Positions 61,400 to 64,000 of a DNA stretch of 64,000 nt are shown one piece after another. A model generated the notes under the pieces. That model was not told where the DNA came from. It saw only the letters and a program-made list of their open reading frames with translations, and made no database searches. The position numbers and the translations under genes are program-made. Within the stretch, counting starts at the first letter, position 1; the number at the start of each line of letters is the position of its first letter. The stretch is taken from the NCBI GenBank assembly GCA_030390025.1, contig CM059431.1, positions 97,652,001 through 97,716,000 of the forward strand, written 5' to 3'. Origin of the DNA: Squalus acanthias (Eukaryota).

Positions 61400-64000
61400 T
61401 CCTCAACTGAGGCATATGCTGTTGGGGGGGATGATTTATCAGGGGAAGGCGGCAGCAGCCAACTTCCTGGTACCATGGGTGGCTCTGCTGCACAGGCTGG
61501 GAGGAAAAAGTGTGGAAGAGCTATAGTGATAGGGGATTCAATTGTAAGGGGAATAGATAGGCGTTTCTGCGGCCGCAATCGAGACTCCAGGATGGTGTGT
61601 TGCCTCCCTGGTGCAAGGGTCAAGGACGTCTCGGAGCAGCTACAGAACATTTTGGAGGGGGAGGGCGAGCAGCCAGTTGTCGTGGTGCACATAGGCATCA
61701 ACGATATAGGTAAAAAACGGGATGAGGTCCTAAAAGCAGAATATAGGGAGTTAGGAGGTAAATTAAAAAAGAGGACCTCAAAGGTAGTAATCTCAGGATT
61801 GCCACCAGTGCCACGTGCCAGTCAGAGTAGAAATTGGAGGATATTACAAATGAATACGTGGCTAGAGGAATGGTGCAAGGGGGAGGGATTCAAATTCCTT
61901 GGACATTGGAACCGGTTCTGGGGGAGGTGGGACCAGTACAAACGGGACGGTCTGCACCTGGGCAGGGCCGGGACCGATGTCCTAGGGGGAGTGTTTGCTA
62001 GTGCTGTTGGGGAGGGTTTAAACTAAAGTGGCAGGGGGTTGGGAACCTGAGCAGGGAGACAGAGGAAAGGGAAACAAGGATAAAAGCTAAAGACAGGAAG
62101 GAGAAAAACAAAAGTAGAAGGCAAAGAACTCAACGGTTTAAATCAAACATGGTCACAGTAAATAATAATTCATATAGGTCTGAGAGCGTTAAAAAAACAA
62201 GCCTGAAGGCTTTGTGTCTTAATGCAAGGAGCATTCGGAACAAGGTGGATGAATTAGCTGCGCAAATAGAGGTAAATGAATACGATTTGATTGGGATTAC
62301 AGAAACATGGCTCCAGGGTGGCCAAGGCTGGGAACTCAACATCCAGGGTTATTCAATATTTAGGAAAGATAGGCAAAAAAGAAAAGGAGGTGGGGTAGCA
62401 TTGCTGGTTAAAGAGGGGATTAACACAATTGAAAGGAAGGATATTAGCTCTGATGATGCGGAATCTGTATGGGTAGAACTGAGAAATAACAAGGGGCAGA
62501 AAATGTTAGTGGGAGTGGTATATAGACCTCCAAACAGTAATACGGAGGTTGGGGATGGCATTAAAAGGGAAATTAGAGAAGCATGCAGTAAGGGCACAGC
62601 AGTCATCATGGGTGACTTTAATTTACATATAGATTGGACTAACCAAATTAGTAAAAATACTGTGGAGGAGGAATTCCTAAAATGTTTACGAGATGGTTTT
62701 CTGGAACAATATGTCGAGGAACCAACCAGAGATCAGGCCATCTTAGACTGGGTATTATGTAATGAGAAAGGATTAATTAGCAATCTTGTTGTACGAGGCC
62801 CCTTGGGTCAGAGTGATCATAATATGATAGAATTCTTCATTAGGATGGAGAGTGAAGTAGTTGAATCAGAGACTAGGGTCCTGAATTTAAATAAAGGAAA
62901 CTACGATGGTATGAGGCGCGAATTGGGTAGGATTGATTGGGGAATGTCACTCAAGGGGTTGACGGTGGATAGGCAATGGTAAACATTCAAAGACTGCATG
63001 GATGAACTACAGAATTTGTTCATCCCAGTGTGGCATAAGAATAAAACAAAAAGGGTGACTCAACCGTGGCTAACAAGGGAAATTAGGGATAGCATAAGAT
63101 CCAAGGAGAGGGCATATAAATTGGCCAGAAAAAGCGGTAACCCTGAGGATTGGGAGCAGTTTAGGATTCAACAAAGGAGGACAAAGGGATTAATTAAGAA
63201 GGGGAAAATAGAATATGAAAGTAAGCTTGCTGGGAACATAAAAACTGACTGTAAGTTCTTTTATAGATATGTGAAGAGAAAAAGATTAGTGAAATCAAGT
63301 GTAGGTCCCTTGCAGTCAGAAGCAGGGGAAGTTATAATGGGGAACAAAGAAATGGCAGCCCAATTAAATGCATATTTTGGTTCTGTCTTCACAAAGGAGG
63401 ACACAAATAACCTCCCAGAGATGTTGGAGAACATACGGTCTGATGAAAGGGAGAAACTGAAAGAAATCAGTATTTGCAGGGAAATGGTGTTAGGGAAATT
63501 GACGGTATTGAAGGCCGATAAATCCCCAGGGCCTGATAATCTACATCCTAGGGAACTTAAGGAAGTGGCCCTAGAAATAGTAGATGCATTGCTGATCATC
63601 TTCCAACATTCGATGGAATCTGGAACTGTACCCATGGATTGGAGGGTAGCCAATGTTACCCCACTATTCAAAAAGGGTGGTAGAGAGAAAGCGGGGAATT
63701 ACAGACTGGTAAGCCTGACATCGGTATTGGGGAAAATGCTAGAGTCCATTATAAAGGATGTAATAGCTGAGCACTTGAAAAACAGTGACAGGATCGGACA
63801 AAGTCAACATGGATTTACAAAAGGTAAATCGTGCTTGACTAATCTACTGGAATTTTTTGAGGCTGTAACTGGGAAAATAGATAAGGGAGAACCAGTAGAT
63901 GTGGTGTATTTGGACTTTCAAAAGGCTTTCGATAAGGTCCCGCATAAGAGATTAGCGTGTAAAGTTAAGGCACATGGGATTGGGGACAAGGTATTGACTT
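61400..64000 (+). mobile_element. CR1 LINE (esterase part of ORF1 plus ORF2), running off the window end
   Basis: ORF 61475-62026 with IGDSIVRG, HIGIND and DGLHL; ORF2 from ~62149 with a premature TAA at 62980-82; same subfamily as 40001-43020. Confidence 0.95.

Noticed and set aside
61475..62026. Stand-alone host SGNH esterase gene
   Set aside because: It is the esterase domain of CR1 ORF1, directly followed by ORF2; this is a known CR1 architecture.

Overview
Repeat-rich vertebrate genomic DNA, most likely from a cartilaginous fish (shark), judged from HER1-type CR1 LINE tails and Deu-domain SINEs. The only host gene is the 3' half of an ANKRD10-like gene on the + strand. It has three phase-compatible coding exons (15994-16238, 24187-24282, 34295-34791), a likely alternative last exon formed by reading through the exon-5 donor (stop 24446, AATAAA 24550), and a cluster of candidate cassette/poison exons in the upstream intron. 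The rest is mostly transposons and tandem repeats. These include many CR1 LINE copies (one near full-length, with a 12-unit 5' monomer array and an esterase-type ORF1), L2 and RTE remnants, and Deu-SINE and LF-SINE-like elements. There are also several TIR-bounded MITEs, a 135-bp Penelope-derived insertion carrying a minimal hammerhead ribozyme motif, a near-intact CsRn1-clade Gypsy LTR element inside a four-level nest, and about a dozen minisatellites, several seeded from LINE sequence. I found no clearly new multi-gene system. All family assignments are by eye and from memory, without database searches.
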